IMG/VR virus record: IMGVR_UViG_3300033148_003715
Length of the DNA: 64,000 nt
Strand: one strand, 5' to 3'
Source of the DNA: an uncultured virus (IMG/VR IMGVR_UViG_3300033148_003715)
Lineage: Duplodnaviria > Heunggongvirae > Uroviricota > Caudoviricetes
Position 1 is the stretch's first letter. Every line of letters begins with the position of its first letter. Under the pieces are notes generated by a model that worked only from the letters and a program-made list of their open reading frames with translations, ran no database searches and was not told where the DNA came from. The position numbers were made by a program, and so were the translations under genes. Shown piece after piece: positions 37,361 to 47,236 of this stretch.

Positions 37361-37418
37361 CCCAAGTCAAGATTAGAGCCGATTAGAGAAACCGAAACAG
37401 AAACCGAAAGGGGGCCCG

Positions 37419-38204
37419 GTGTCCCACGTCGTCGTAGAGTGTCCGACCGGCCTCGTCGTCGTCCTCCGCAAGTTCAAGGTCAAGGACGAAGACCTCCTCA
37501 CCGACCCCAAGACGATCCGCAACGGGGCTGCCGTCAACGACCTCCTGGAGGCGATCACCCACAAGGTCGAAGAGACCGGCCCGTACCGGCTCAGGGAGCC
37601 GCGCAAGAAGAAGGGTGAGACCGAGTCATACCTGGACTGGAACGACGTCCTCCAGGGCGACCGCATGACCGTCCTACTCAAGAACCGGATCCACACCTGG
37701 GGCCCTGAGCTGGAGTTCTCCCAGCCCTGCACGAACTGCCCGAACAAGAAGGTCGAGATCGAGATCGACCTCAACGACCTCGTGATCAAGCCGCTCCCGG
37801 AGGAGTCGATCCCCCACGTCCTTGATCCGGGCGCGGTGTCGATCTCACGGGTGCTCCCCGGGTGCGGGGTCAAGGTCTCGTTCCGCCTCCTCCGAGGAGA
37901 CGACGAGAAGAAGCTCATCAAGCTCCAGAAGCAGAAGAAGGACTCGCAGTCGTCGAGCTATTTCCGCTTCAGGATCACTGAGATCGAGGGCGTCCCGCAG
38001 AACACATGGATCAAGTGGATTGAGGATCTGGACGCGGACGATTCGGCGTGGCTCAGGGCCGCGTTCGACGAGGCCGACTGCGGGGTCGACCAGGAGGTTC
38101 AGTTCGAGTGCGAGGATTGCGGGTTCGTCTGGCTCGACGACGTGAGGTTCCGCGCTGATTTTTTGTTCCCCAAGTATCGGAGGAAGTCCACGAGCAAAAC
38201 CTGA
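37419..38204 (+). CDS. Tail assembly chaperone with two CxxC pairs; -1 frameshift extends it to 38341
   Basis: KVKDEDLL, LQGDR...L..RIHTWG, CTNC, FRLLRGDDEK, CEDCG; slippery T TTT TTG at 38159-38165; -1 frame open to TAG 38339-38341. Confidence 0.75.
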   Translation: MSHVVVECPTGLVVVLRKFKVKDEDLLTDPKTIRNGAAVNDLLEAITHKVEETGPYRLREPRKKKGETESYLDWNDVLQGDRMTVLLKNRIHTWGPELEFSQPCTNCPNKKVEIEIDLNDLVIKPLPEESIPHVLDPGAVSISRVLPGCGVKVSFRLLRGDDEKKLIKLQKQKKDSQSSSYFRFRITEIEGVPQNTWIKWIEDLDADDSAWLRAAFDEADCGVDQEVQFECEDCGFVWLDDVRFRADFLFPKYRRKSTSKT

Positions 38205-38353
38205 TCGCGCTGTTGGCCCGGTACCCGAACCGAACCGGGTTCAATCTCACCTACCAGGACGCACTCTCGCTCCCGGTCACGCTGCGCGATAGGATGCTAG
38301 GACAGATCGAGGAGTGGCGGAGCCAGGAGGGCTCCAAGTAGCCGGGAGTCGAC

Positions 38354-40876
38354 ATGGGACTCAATCAGCTCGGGATGGGCATTACGTTTGTGGCCGCCGA
38401 CCTCGCGTCGGGCGTGATCCGCCAGGTCGCCGGCAGCTTCCTCAACCTGGGCAACACGGCTACCTCGATCTCGGACACGATCGCGAAGAAGCTCGGGACC
38501 AGTAGCAAGGTGATCGTCGGTTCCCTTAAGGGGATCGCGGTTGGTGCGGCACTCGCTATTGGGGGTCTCGTCGGCCTCAAGGCGTCGTTGTCGTTCGCCG
38601 ATCCGGCCGGCAAGTTCGAGATGGCCCTTGCAGGGATCAAGGCGATCAGCGGGGCGACCGAGGAGCAGCTCGGGCAACTTGAGCGCGCCGCGATCGACGC
38701 CGGGATCGCGACCCAGTTCTCTCCCCGGGAGGCCGCCGAGGGGCTTCAGATCCTCGCCCAGGCTGGATTCGATACGAAGAAGTCGATCGACTCCCTCAAC
38801 CCGGTCCTCGACCTGGCGGCGGCGTCGCTCGGTCAGCTCGGTCTCGAGCAGGCCGGCGGCCTCGCGGTAGCGTCCATGAAGATATTTCCGAAGTTTGCCG
38901 AGGACGCAGGCGGAGCCATGGACCTCCTGGTACGTGCGACCTCGAGGTCCAACCTCCAGTTCCGCGACCTCCCGATCGCGCTCGGCAACAGCGCCCGCGG
39001 CGTGAAGGTCTTCAACGCATCCCTCGAGGACACGCTGATCGCGCTCGGTGAAGTCCGAAACGTGATCCCGACTATCGAGCTGGGAGCGACGTCGGTCGCG
39101 ACGTCGATGGAACGCCTCGCCATGCCGAGGACCCAAAAGATGCTCAAGAAGTTGGGCGTTGAGGTGAGGACCCTCGACCAGAAGAACTTCAGGCCGTTCC
39201 TCGACGTCATGACTGACGTGTCGAAGACGTTCGCCGCTATGGGGGGACAGGCGGAGCGGGCCGAGCACCTCTTGAAGATATTCGGTCGTAGGGGCGTTGC
39301 GGGCCTCGTCCCCATGTTGGACGCACTAACGCTGGCGGCGAAGAAGGCCGGGGGTGGCGTCGCCGACTACGACGCCGGCCTCAGAATGCTCCGCGAGTCC
39401 ATGCGGAACACGCGGATCAGCGCAGAGAGCTTCCGCGAGACCCTGCTGGACACGTTCGAGGGTCAGAAGATCCTCCTACGAGGGACGCTTGACACGATCG
39501 CAATCGCGATTGGGAAGCCGTTCACCAAGGTTCTCAAGCCGATCGTGGCGGCAGTGGTCCAGACTCTCAACGTCATGCTGCGCATGTTCCTCGCCCTACC
39601 GGAACCGATCAAGAAGTTCGCCGCAGGCTTCTTCGTGTTCGCTTCGATCGCCCTCCTCGTGACCGGCCTTGCAATCGCGATCAAGTTCCTGATTCCGCTC
39701 ATAATCGCAGTCGGGACTACGTTCGCCGCGACCCTGTGGCCGGTCCTCGCGATCATGGCCGCGGTCGTCGCGGTAGCCGCGCTCGTCTACGCAGCGTGGA
39801 AGACCAACTTCGGTGGGATCCGCGACATAGTGCTACCGATCTTTGAGAAGATCAGTCTCGCGGCGCGATCTCTGTTCGCGCTGTTCTCGTCTGGGGAGAT
39901 CAGCGGAGCCCTCGCGGAGGATCTCGGGAAGGCCGAGAACCAAGGCGTGCTTGGGTTCGTCGACGGAATCTCGAGGGCGATCAAGGTGATCGAGGTCCTC
40001 TGGGAGGGAATGGTCGAGGTCCTGACCGAGGTGTGGACGGATCTGTCGAAGGAGTTTGCTCCGGTATTCGAGGAGCTTGCTGGTGCGGCGTCCGAGTTCG
40101 GGGCGTTGTTCATGGAGGTCCTCACCCCGCTCGCCGAGGCTCTCGGGCTCTCGGCCCCAGGTAAGGACGCCCTCGGTTGGATCAAGTGGATCGGCAAGGC
40201 GATCTTCAAGTACATGCTCGAGCCGATCAAGCTCATGCTCAAGGGACTCGCCATGCTGGTTCGCTCGTTCGTCTTCATATGGCGGATCGTGATCGCAATC
40301 GCGCGGGGGTTCGTGGCCGTCCTCGACTCCCTCGGCGTGCTGGAGCACGTCCTGGGTCCGTTCGTCTTGCTGGTAAAGGATCTCTGGGACATATCGTCCA
40401 AGATCCCGGGGACGTGGGACGAGATCGGGAAGGCGATCGACCGCGTCGTCGAGAAGATCCGCGGCAGCATGATCGCCAGGGCCGCCCTCAGCGTGTTGAC
40501 GGGTGGCATGAGCGATGCGGCGTTCGCGGTCGGCGACCTTCGCACCGCGAGCTTCAGAGCCGGGGGAGGAGGAGCGGCGGGCATGGCTGGCGTCGGTTCG
40601 AGTTCGATCACAGCCAGCACCGGAGTAGTCTCACAGGGCACGACGGCTGCGACGATCCCGACCTCGACTCCGATTGTGAGTGGTGGCGTCAGCGGGGCCG
40701 ACATGAGGGCTCTGGTGGAGTCGAATGCGCGGCTGGTCGAGACGATCTCTAGCCGCCCGATCGTCGTTCAGGGCGAGGTCGTCCTCGACGGCGAGGTCGT
40801 GGGGGAGATGCAGGCCCAGCAGGACAGAGACTCCATGGCGCGAGGCGGCGGACTCAGCACGGTGTTCGGGGGGTAG
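38354..40876 (+). CDS. Tail tape measure protein
   Basis: FE.ALAGIKAISGAT, ATQFSPREAAEGL..LAQAGF, VLDLAAA (TP901-type core); hydrophobic C-terminal helices. Confidence 0.93.
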   Translation: MGLNQLGMGITFVAADLASGVIRQVAGSFLNLGNTATSISDTIAKKLGTSSKVIVGSLKGIAVGAALAIGGLVGLKASLSFADPAGKFEMALAGIKAISGATEEQLGQLERAAIDAGIATQFSPREAAEGLQILAQAGFDTKKSIDSLNPVLDLAAASLGQLGLEQAGGLAVASMKIFPKFAEDAGGAMDLLVRATSRSNLQFRDLPIALGNSARGVKVFNASLEDTLIALGEVRNVIPTIELGATSVATSMERLAMPRTQKMLKKLGVEVRTLDQKNFRPFLDVMTDVSKTFAAMGGQAERAEHLLKIFGRRGVAGLVPMLDALTLAAKKAGGGVADYDAGLRMLRESMRNTRISAESFRETLLDTFEGQKILLRGTLDTIAIAIGKPFTKVLKPIVAAVVQTLNVMLRMFLALPEPIKKFAAGFFVFASIALLVTGLAIAIKFLIPLIIAVGTTFAATLWPVLAIMAAVVAVAALVYAAWKTNFGGIRDIVLPIFEKISLAARSLFALFSSGEISGALAEDLGKAENQGVLGFVDGISRAIKVIEVLWEGMVEVLTEVWTDLSKEFAPVFEELAGAASEFGALFMEVLTPLAEALGLSAPGKDALGWIKWIGKAIFKYMLEPIKLMLKGLAMLVRSFVFIWRIVIAIARGFVAVLDSLGVLEHVLGPFVLLVKDLWDISSKIPGTWDEIGKAIDRVVEKIRGSMIARAALSVLTGGMSDAAFAVGDLRTASFRAGGGGAAGMAGVGSSSITASTGVVSQGTTAATIPTSTPIVSGGVSGADMRALVESNARLVETISSRPIVVQGEVVLDGEVVGEMQAQQDRDSMARGGGLSTVFGG

Positions 40877-40877
40877 C

Positions 40878-41498
40878 GTGGCAACAACTAAGAGGAAGCA
40901 CGAGAAGATCGATCAGTACCTGGCGGTGAAGGTCGAGAGGGGATTCTTGCAGAACATCGAGTCTGGCCTCCTGATCGAGTTCATGTTCAACCCCGTTCAG
41001 TTTGAGGAGTCCTATCAGGCCGCGTACGTCAGGCACAAGTCGCCGGGACTCTCGCACCAGCCTCTCCACTTCGTCGGGAACGCAAACACGTCGATCCCGC
41101 TCGAGCTGATCTTCGACCAGCTTGTCTTCAACGAACGCCTCGGCAGGAACGAGAATGCCGTCCAGCTTCCGCCGAGCGTCTGGCCCCAGAACGACGCCGA
41201 CGCCTGGCGCAGGAACCTCATCGCGCTGATCCTCCCAAGGAAGAACCAGCGAATCACGCACGCCTCACCCCCGCCCGTCTTCTTCTACTGGCCCGGATTC
41301 ATAAACATGCGGGTCAGGGTAATGACGTTGAAGTTCAGGCATGTTTTGTTCGCGACTGGTCGGCCGCTCCCGAGGATCTTGGTCGCGAGCATTCAGCTCG
41401 AAGAGGAGCCGCTCGGGAGGCTCTATTCGGAGGACATGATCCGCACCGGGACCTTCCGATCCTGGGGGACCTCGTCGAGGCCGCAGGGGAGGTCGTAG
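40878..41498 (+). CDS. Tail tube initiator/baseplate protein
   Basis: IEFMFNP..FEESY...Y....PGLS...LHFVG, PPPVFFYW; follows the tape measure. Confidence 0.7.
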   Translation: MATTKRKHEKIDQYLAVKVERGFLQNIESGLLIEFMFNPVQFEESYQAAYVRHKSPGLSHQPLHFVGNANTSIPLELIFDQLVFNERLGRNENAVQLPPSVWPQNDADAWRRNLIALILPRKNQRITHASPPPVFFYWPGFINMRVRVMTLKFRHVLFATGRPLPRILVASIQLEEEPLGRLYSEDMIRTGTFRSWGTSSRPQGRS

Positions 41499-41839
41499 TG
41501 CCGGCGACGCGACTCTCTCGCTACGAGTTCGCCCCCGTCCACGAGGACGAAGACGGCAGGACGTTCTTCGACGTCCCCGATCCGCTCAGGAGGATCGTCA
41601 GGAAGGACGACGCTCGGGTGATCGTCGCCGCGGGGGACACGGTCCACAGGATCGCATGGCGTGCCTACAGGGTCATGATCGACCCCGAGCAGGACATTCG
41701 CCCCACCAGCTTCTTCGACGTTGTCGCGCAAATGAACGACGTCGTCGACGTGACCGAGCCCCTCGAGCCCGACAAGATCATTCGGGTGCCGTCGATCCAG
41801 GCGCTTGTCGGTGAGATCCGGGCGTCGCCGTCGACATGA
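41498..41839 (+). CDS. LysM/tail X-like baseplate protein
   Basis: SRY..., VAAGDTVHRIAWRAY, VVAQMN...LEP..IIRVPS. Confidence 0.7.
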   Translation: MPATRLSRYEFAPVHEDEDGRTFFDVPDPLRRIVRKDDARVIVAAGDTVHRIAWRAYRVMIDPEQDIRPTSFFDVVAQMNDVVDVTEPLEPDKIIRVPSIQALVGEIRASPST

Positions 41840-43143
41840 AGCTGGACACGACGGCACCCGGGTTCTCGATCAAGGTCCTGACCAACACGAACGAGGTCAG
41901 GATCAGGGGCAAGGCTGACCCCGCCTCGCTCGGCAAGGCCCTCGAGGGCATGGACGACGTGACGGAGCGCGTCCTGAGCTTCACCTTCGAGGACTCCGAG
42001 GACGAGCACGACGTCCTGAAGCTCAAGGTCAACAACTCCGATCTGTACTTCCTCTCCCACCCGGCGTGGGTCAAGGGCAACCTCGTCCGGTTCTTCTTCG
42101 GCTACCCGGGGCGGTTCAGCCCCGTGCGGTCCATGGTCGTCGACTCCATGCGGGGACTGCTCCAACTCTCGATCACCTGCGTCGAGACGACGAGCCTGGT
42201 CAACACGCCGCGGAGCCGGATCTGGAAGAACACGAGCAGGGCCGACATAGTCAGGAAGCTGGTGCTGGAGGGCGTGTTCCCGGGCGTGACCAGGTTCGAG
42301 ATCGCCGAGGCTTCCGTCCTCTTCCAGGTCGACGAGTGGACGCAGTCGCGCCAGACCGACTGGCAGTTCATCCTCAAGCTCGGAGAGAAGGTCGGGATCA
42401 CTCCGTGGGTCGAGGGCGACACCCTCCACTTCCACCCGCGCAAGCTGGACTCGACCCCGGTGAGGCGGTACGAGTACTTCTACGGCAACGGCGACCTCAA
42501 GGACTTCAAGATCAGCGAGTGGCGGCTCCTCGACCGCCCCTCGGCTACCTGGGTCGCCGGCAGGGATCCGATCAGTCGGAAGAACCTGGTCGCGACCGGC
42601 TCGGACGAGAACACGAAGCGCGACGTCCACGGCAAGGTGGGCGGCCTCAAGTTCACCAGGACCGGCACGGGCGGGCTGTCCAAGCAGGAGGTTTCGGGCG
42701 TCGAGGGCGGCGACCCGGTCCGAACCGACCTCGTCGCGGGGGCGAAGATCGTCCCGACCCCGTCGACGGACCAGGCCAGCGTGACCGAGGAGGCCGACGC
42801 CCACTTCCGCAAGGAGGAGGAGAACGAGGTCAAGGCGACCGCGAAGATCATCGGCGACCCGATCCTGGCGGCGAAGTCAGTGATCGAAATAGTCGGGATC
42901 GGCCCTCAGCTCTCCGGCAAGTGGTACGTGACCAAGCACGTCCACAAGATCGACTACGGCGGCGGCTACGTGGGGTCGCTCAAACTGAACAAGAACGCGC
43001 TCGCCGCGGTCCCGTCCCAGGACCAGCCCACCCTGGGGGACAACGCGGCTGAGAACGAGAAGAAGGTGCCTGAGGGGAAGCAGCGCAAGGCCACGTATCG
43101 GAACGTCACAACCGGTGGTCTCGAGCAGGTGTGGAAGCGATGA
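41836..43143 (+). CDS. Baseplate hub protein (late control D-like)
   Basis: FFFGYPG, QTDWQFILKL, VEGDTLHFHP, IIGDPIL....IEIVGIG..LSGKWYVTKHVH. Confidence 0.85.
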   Translation: MKLDTTAPGFSIKVLTNTNEVRIRGKADPASLGKALEGMDDVTERVLSFTFEDSEDEHDVLKLKVNNSDLYFLSHPAWVKGNLVRFFFGYPGRFSPVRSMVVDSMRGLLQLSITCVETTSLVNTPRSRIWKNTSRADIVRKLVLEGVFPGVTRFEIAEASVLFQVDEWTQSRQTDWQFILKLGEKVGITPWVEGDTLHFHPRKLDSTPVRRYEYFYGNGDLKDFKISEWRLLDRPSATWVAGRDPISRKNLVATGSDENTKRDVHGKVGGLKFTRTGTGGLSKQEVSGVEGGDPVRTDLVAGAKIVPTPSTDQASVTEEADAHFRKEEENEVKATAKIIGDPILAAKSVIEIVGIGPQLSGKWYVTKHVHKIDYGGGYVGSLKLNKNALAAVPSQDQPTLGDNAAENEKKVPEGKQRKATYRNVTTGGLEQVWKR

Positions 43144-43261
43144 CGGCCTGCACGATACGTCCAGGAGGCCCTGGGGGGCCCGGAGAGCGTCGCGGAGGAG
43201 CCAAGAGGGGGAATCCTACTCTCGGAGGGTTCGAGGCGCTCTCCGTGGCTCTCAGGAGGCC

Positions 43262-43279
43262 GTTTGCGATACAGCAAAC
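43262..43279. promoter_or_regulatory. Degenerate palindrome, copy 6
   Basis: GTTTGCGATACAGCAAAC; outer GTTTGC/GCAAAC arms kept; directly before the spike RBS. Confidence 0.55.
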
Positions 43280-43294
43280 TCTGAGGAGGACGGG

Positions 43295-44272
43295 GTGAAG
43301 CACACGGTCGCTCGCGAGACCAAGGACGCCCGCTACGACCACCTGATCCTCGGGGAGGTGGTGGAGAACGTCGACCCGGAGGGGCTAGGGCGCGTGCGGG
43401 TCTTCGCGCCCGCTTACCTCGAGCCCGAGTCCAAGTGGGCGTTCCCGATCGGTCACATGTTCGGGGTCCAGAACGGGATCCATTGGGTGCCGGAGATCGG
43501 GTCCAACGTCGTCGTGTTCCTCAACCAGGGCGACGCCGACCACCCCTACTATGCGGCCGGTCCCCCGGGGAAGCCCGACGGGGTCAGCGACGTGCCCGAG
43601 CAGGCTCCGTCGGGCTCCGTCGACCACATGGTCATTCGCTGGCGCGGCTTCCACCTGACGATCAACGGCAAGAGCGGCGAGGAGCGGCTGACGATCGAGG
43701 ATCTCGAGAGCGAGACGAAGATCGAGATCGACCGGACCACCAAGGACTACACGCGCCTCGTCAAGGGAGACGAGCACGTCACGGTCGAGAAGAATCGCGA
43801 CGTGACCGTCGTGACCGGCGACGAGGTCCACGCGGTCACCGTCGGCAAGCGGACCACGACCGTCCAGGGCGACGACGTCAAGACGATCGTGGCCGGGAAC
43901 AAGGTCGACACCGTCACGGCGGGGAACGAGGTCAAGACCCTCACGGCGGGCGGGAGCACGGAGACCATGGCGGCGGGGGCGAAAACAGTCACGGCCCTCT
44001 CGGTGGCGATCACCGGGACCGCGTCGGTCGCGCTCACCTCGGGTGCGGTGATCAACCTTACCGCGCCGGCCGTCAACCTCCTCACTGCGCTCCTGTTCCT
44101 GGGTGGCCCGCTTGGGCTCCCACTCATGAACAACCTCCTGCTCGCGTGGGCGAACTCCCACACCCACTCCAGCTCCGGTGCGGGAGCCCCGAACGAGCAG
44201 ATCATTCCCGGCGGGACGACCCCGAACTTCGACTCGAACCTTCTCGCCACGACGGCGACCAAGGCCCTATAG
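43295..44272 (+). CDS. Baseplate central spike (gp5/gpV OB fold plus beta-helix)
   Basis: GEVVENVDPEGLGRVRV, WAFP, WVPEIGSNVVVFLNQGDADHPY; 8-9-aa V.G(D/N) repeats; apical HTH motif NSHTH. Confidence 0.88.
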   Translation: MKHTVARETKDARYDHLILGEVVENVDPEGLGRVRVFAPAYLEPESKWAFPIGHMFGVQNGIHWVPEIGSNVVVFLNQGDADHPYYAAGPPGKPDGVSDVPEQAPSGSVDHMVIRWRGFHLTINGKSGEERLTIEDLESETKIEIDRTTKDYTRLVKGDEHVTVEKNRDVTVVTGDEVHAVTVGKRTTTVQGDDVKTIVAGNKVDTVTAGNEVKTLTAGGSTETMAAGAKTVTALSVAITGTASVALTSGAVINLTAPAVNLLTALLFLGGPLGLPLMNNLLLAWANSHTHSSSGAGAPNEQIIPGGTTPNFDSNLLATTATKAL

Positions 44273-44281
44273 TGGTGAGCC

Positions 44282-45127
44282 ATGGCTGACCCGGTCCTCG
44301 ACAACCTCCTCGCGGCACAGCGCGACGCGGCGAGCACGTTCCTCGTCGACGTCTCCTTCGACGTGCTCGACCCGGACGGGGACGACCTCGGCCTGGCCGT
44401 CCAGTGGGGGCACTCCGCGACCGGTCCCTGGACCCTGGCGACCCCGCAGACCTACGATCGCCAGCACTCGGCCACCGATCCGATCACGTCGGTCCCGACT
44501 GGGACCCCAGCCAAGGCGGTCCAGTTCGTCTGGAACGCATTCCACGACCTCCCCGCCGGATCCTACACGGACGTCCACGTCAGGGTCACGATCGACGACG
44601 GGGGGACGATCGACGACGGCGTGTTCGGTCCGTTCGCCGTCGTGACCGAAGTGACGACCCAGGCTGACGTGCTGACGAAGTCCTTGGCCCGGACCGGGAT
44701 CGCCTCCAGGACCGAGCTAGAGTTCCTCGGCGCCGGCCTCTTGATCCCGTTCAGGCGAGGTGCGAGCGACTTCGTGAACGGCTCCGACGTCGAACTCGTC
44801 AAGGCGAGCGTGGCGCAGATCCTCGGGACCAGGGCCGCCGTGGGGGACATGGGGGGCGACCTCCCGTGGCGACCCGACTTCGGGTGCAAGCTCTGGGTGC
44901 TCAGGAACCGCAAGAACGACCCGACCCTACAGGCCCAGGCGGTCGCGTTCGTCTACGAGGCTTTCCAGTGGGAGCCCAGGGCGGAGGTGACGGCGATCCA
45001 GGTCGAGGAGCAGGGAGACCCGAACTTGCTCCAGATCCTCGTCAGGTATCGGGTGATCTCCGAGAACGTGGACGCGAATCGAGTCTTCCTGCCGGAGTTC
45101 GAGGAGGTGGTGACGATCGCCGCGTAG
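44282..45127 (+). CDS. Baseplate wedge protein (gp25/GPW-like C-terminus with extra N-terminal domain)
   Basis: LGAGLLIPF, VKASVAQILGT, LPWRPDFGCKL, QWEPRAEV. Confidence 0.8.
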   Translation: MADPVLDNLLAAQRDAASTFLVDVSFDVLDPDGDDLGLAVQWGHSATGPWTLATPQTYDRQHSATDPITSVPTGTPAKAVQFVWNAFHDLPAGSYTDVHVRVTIDDGGTIDDGVFGPFAVVTEVTTQADVLTKSLARTGIASRTELEFLGAGLLIPFRRGASDFVNGSDVELVKASVAQILGTRAAVGDMGGDLPWRPDFGCKLWVLRNRKNDPTLQAQAVAFVYEAFQWEPRAEVTAIQVEEQGDPNLLQILVRYRVISENVDANRVFLPEFEEVVTIAA

Positions 45128-45148
45128 CGGTCGCGCCGAGGAGAACGA

Positions 45149-45694
45149 ATGGTCGACACGATCACCGAGCGGGCGGACGATTTTACCGACATCGAGACCT
45201 GGAAGTGGGTCCCTGGGTACGAGGGATTCTACGAAGCATCCGATCAAGGGAGGATTCGAAGGAACTGTCGAGTTCGTAGAACCAGGGTTCTGAAGTCTTT
45301 CCTAAGTGGTAGCGGGTACCTGACTGTCAGACCATCCCTCCATGGGGAGCCAAGAACGGTCAGCGTACATGTTCTCGTTTTGCGTGCCTTCCGAGGTGAA
45401 CGTCCACCTAGACACGAGACAAACCACAAGAACGGCGACAAGACCGACAACAGGCTTGCGAACCTAGAGTACATGACGCGGAGCGAGAACCTCGTTCATT
45501 CCTATTGCTACCTCGGCAGGAAGTCTCCTGGGAAACGTGGGGAAGAGTCGCACCTGTCAAGACTCACTGAGAACAACATCCGCGAGATTAGATCGAGGGG
45601 TGATTCGATCTACGCCGACCTAGCTGAGGAGTTCGGGGTGACCCCTTCGACGATCGGGAAGATCGTTCGTCGCGAAACGTGGAGGCACATTTAG
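45149..45694 (+). mobile_element. NUMOD4-HNH homing endonuclease inserted at the start of baseplate J
   Basis: ETWKWVPGYEGFYEASDQGRIR (NUMOD4), SGY, VHVLVLRAF.G, NHKNGDKTDNRLANLEY; lower GC; N-terminus duplicates that of the next gene. Confidence 0.9.
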
Positions 45695-47236
45695 ATGGTC
45701 GACACAATCACAGAGCGAGCGTCTGACTTCACCAACAAAGACTTCGACTCCTGGATCCTTGAGGAGCGCGCGAGGGCCAGCGCGGCCTTCCCGGCGTGGA
45801 CGGACTTCAACACCCCCAACTACGGCAACATCCTGCTGGAGCTGTTCGCCCACACGCTCGACGTGTGCTCGTTCACCCAGGACCAGCAGCACCTCGAGCG
45901 GTTCACGGACTTCGCCAGGCTCCGGCGCTCCATGATCCTCCTCGGGAAGAACGTCGGCTTCAGACTCCCCGGGGCGGCCGTCGCCAGCGTCGACCTCGAG
46001 ATCACCTTCGCGAGTGGGGTCGCGGTCGGGGCCGACCTGGTGATCCCGAAGGGGACAGTGGTGAAGCCGGCCGACGAGGACGTCGAGTTCGACTTGATCG
46101 CGGACGTGACGATCCCCGCGGGGTCGATCCAGGTCACCGACGCGGGGGCCGAGAACGCACGCGAGCGCACCGACACGTTCGTCGCGGACGGGACGCCTGA
46201 TCAGACGGTCAGGCTCACCTCGACGCCGTTCGTGGACGGCTCCGCGGACGGCAACGTCGTCGCCGGGATCGACACGTTCACGGAGGTCGACGACTTCCTC
46301 CAGAGCGGACCCGCCGACAAGCACTTCGTCGTCGACGTGGACGAGAATGACCGCGCCACGATCCGCTTCGGGGACGGGATCAACGGCGTGATCCCGACCG
46401 GAGCCGGGAGCGCGGTCTACAAGACCGGCGGCGGCGCAGACGGCAACGTCGAGTCCAACTCGCTCACCGTGTTCCGCGACGGCAACCGCTTCCCGACCCT
46501 CTCGGGAGAGCAGGTCCAGCTCCTCGTGAGGAACCCGAGCGCCGCCGCGGGCGGCGTGGATCGCATGAGCGTCGAGGAGGCCAGGGTCGCGATCCCAGCG
46601 AGCCTCAGGACGACCGGCAACCGCAGCGTGACCCGTACCGACTTCGAGGACAACTCGAAGAAGGTCCGGGGCGTGGCCCGGTCCATGATGCTCACAAGCG
46701 ACGACGACGGCTCGATCCCAGAGAACAGCGGGAAGCTCTATGTGGTCCCGGTCGGGGGTGGACTCCCGAGTAGCCAGCTCAAGCAGGACGTGGCGGACCT
46801 AATCAACGACGACTACCCGCCCTGCCTGACGTTCACTTTCAGCGTCGAGGACCCGAGCCTGCTGATCGTCTCCGTCACCGCGACCGTCTACCTCAACACG
46901 GGAGTCTCGGAGGCCGACGCCCGCACGGCGATCGAGAACTCGCTCGACTCGTTCTTCTCGCTCCTCAACGACGACGGGAGCGAGAACACTCAGATTGACT
47001 TTGGATTCAAGGTCCGCTCGCTCCGAATGCCCGCCGGGTCGACACAAGGCGAGATCCCCTGGAGCGACCTGTTCAACGCGATCGGGGACGCGGCCCTCGC
47101 GGACGGCTCCCTCGCGCTCCGCAAGGTCGCCGAGGACACCGTCGTCCCCGTCAACGACGTGCTCTTGACCGACATCGAGTTTCCCGTCCTCGGATCAATC
47201 ACACTTGTGAACGGCGCAACCTCGGGGTCGTTCTAG
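45695..47236 (+). CDS. Baseplate J-like wedge protein
   Basis: DFTNKDFDS, WTDFN..NYGNILLELFA, IRFGDGINGVIP, Y.TGGG..GNV, NP.AAAGG.D, RSVTRTDFE. Confidence 0.92.
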   Translation: MVDTITERASDFTNKDFDSWILEERARASAAFPAWTDFNTPNYGNILLELFAHTLDVCSFTQDQQHLERFTDFARLRRSMILLGKNVGFRLPGAAVASVDLEITFASGVAVGADLVIPKGTVVKPADEDVEFDLIADVTIPAGSIQVTDAGAENARERTDTFVADGTPDQTVRLTSTPFVDGSADGNVVAGIDTFTEVDDFLQSGPADKHFVVDVDENDRATIRFGDGINGVIPTGAGSAVYKTGGGADGNVESNSLTVFRDGNRFPTLSGEQVQLLVRNPSAAAGGVDRMSVEEARVAIPASLRTTGNRSVTRTDFEDNSKKVRGVARSMMLTSDDDGSIPENSGKLYVVPVGGGLPSSQLKQDVADLINDDYPPCLTFTFSVEDPSLLIVSVTATVYLNTGVSEADARTAIENSLDSFFSLLNDDGSENTQIDFGFKVRSLRMPAGSTQGEIPWSDLFNAIGDAALADGSLALRKVAEDTVVPVNDVLLTDIEFPVLGSITLVNGATSGSF

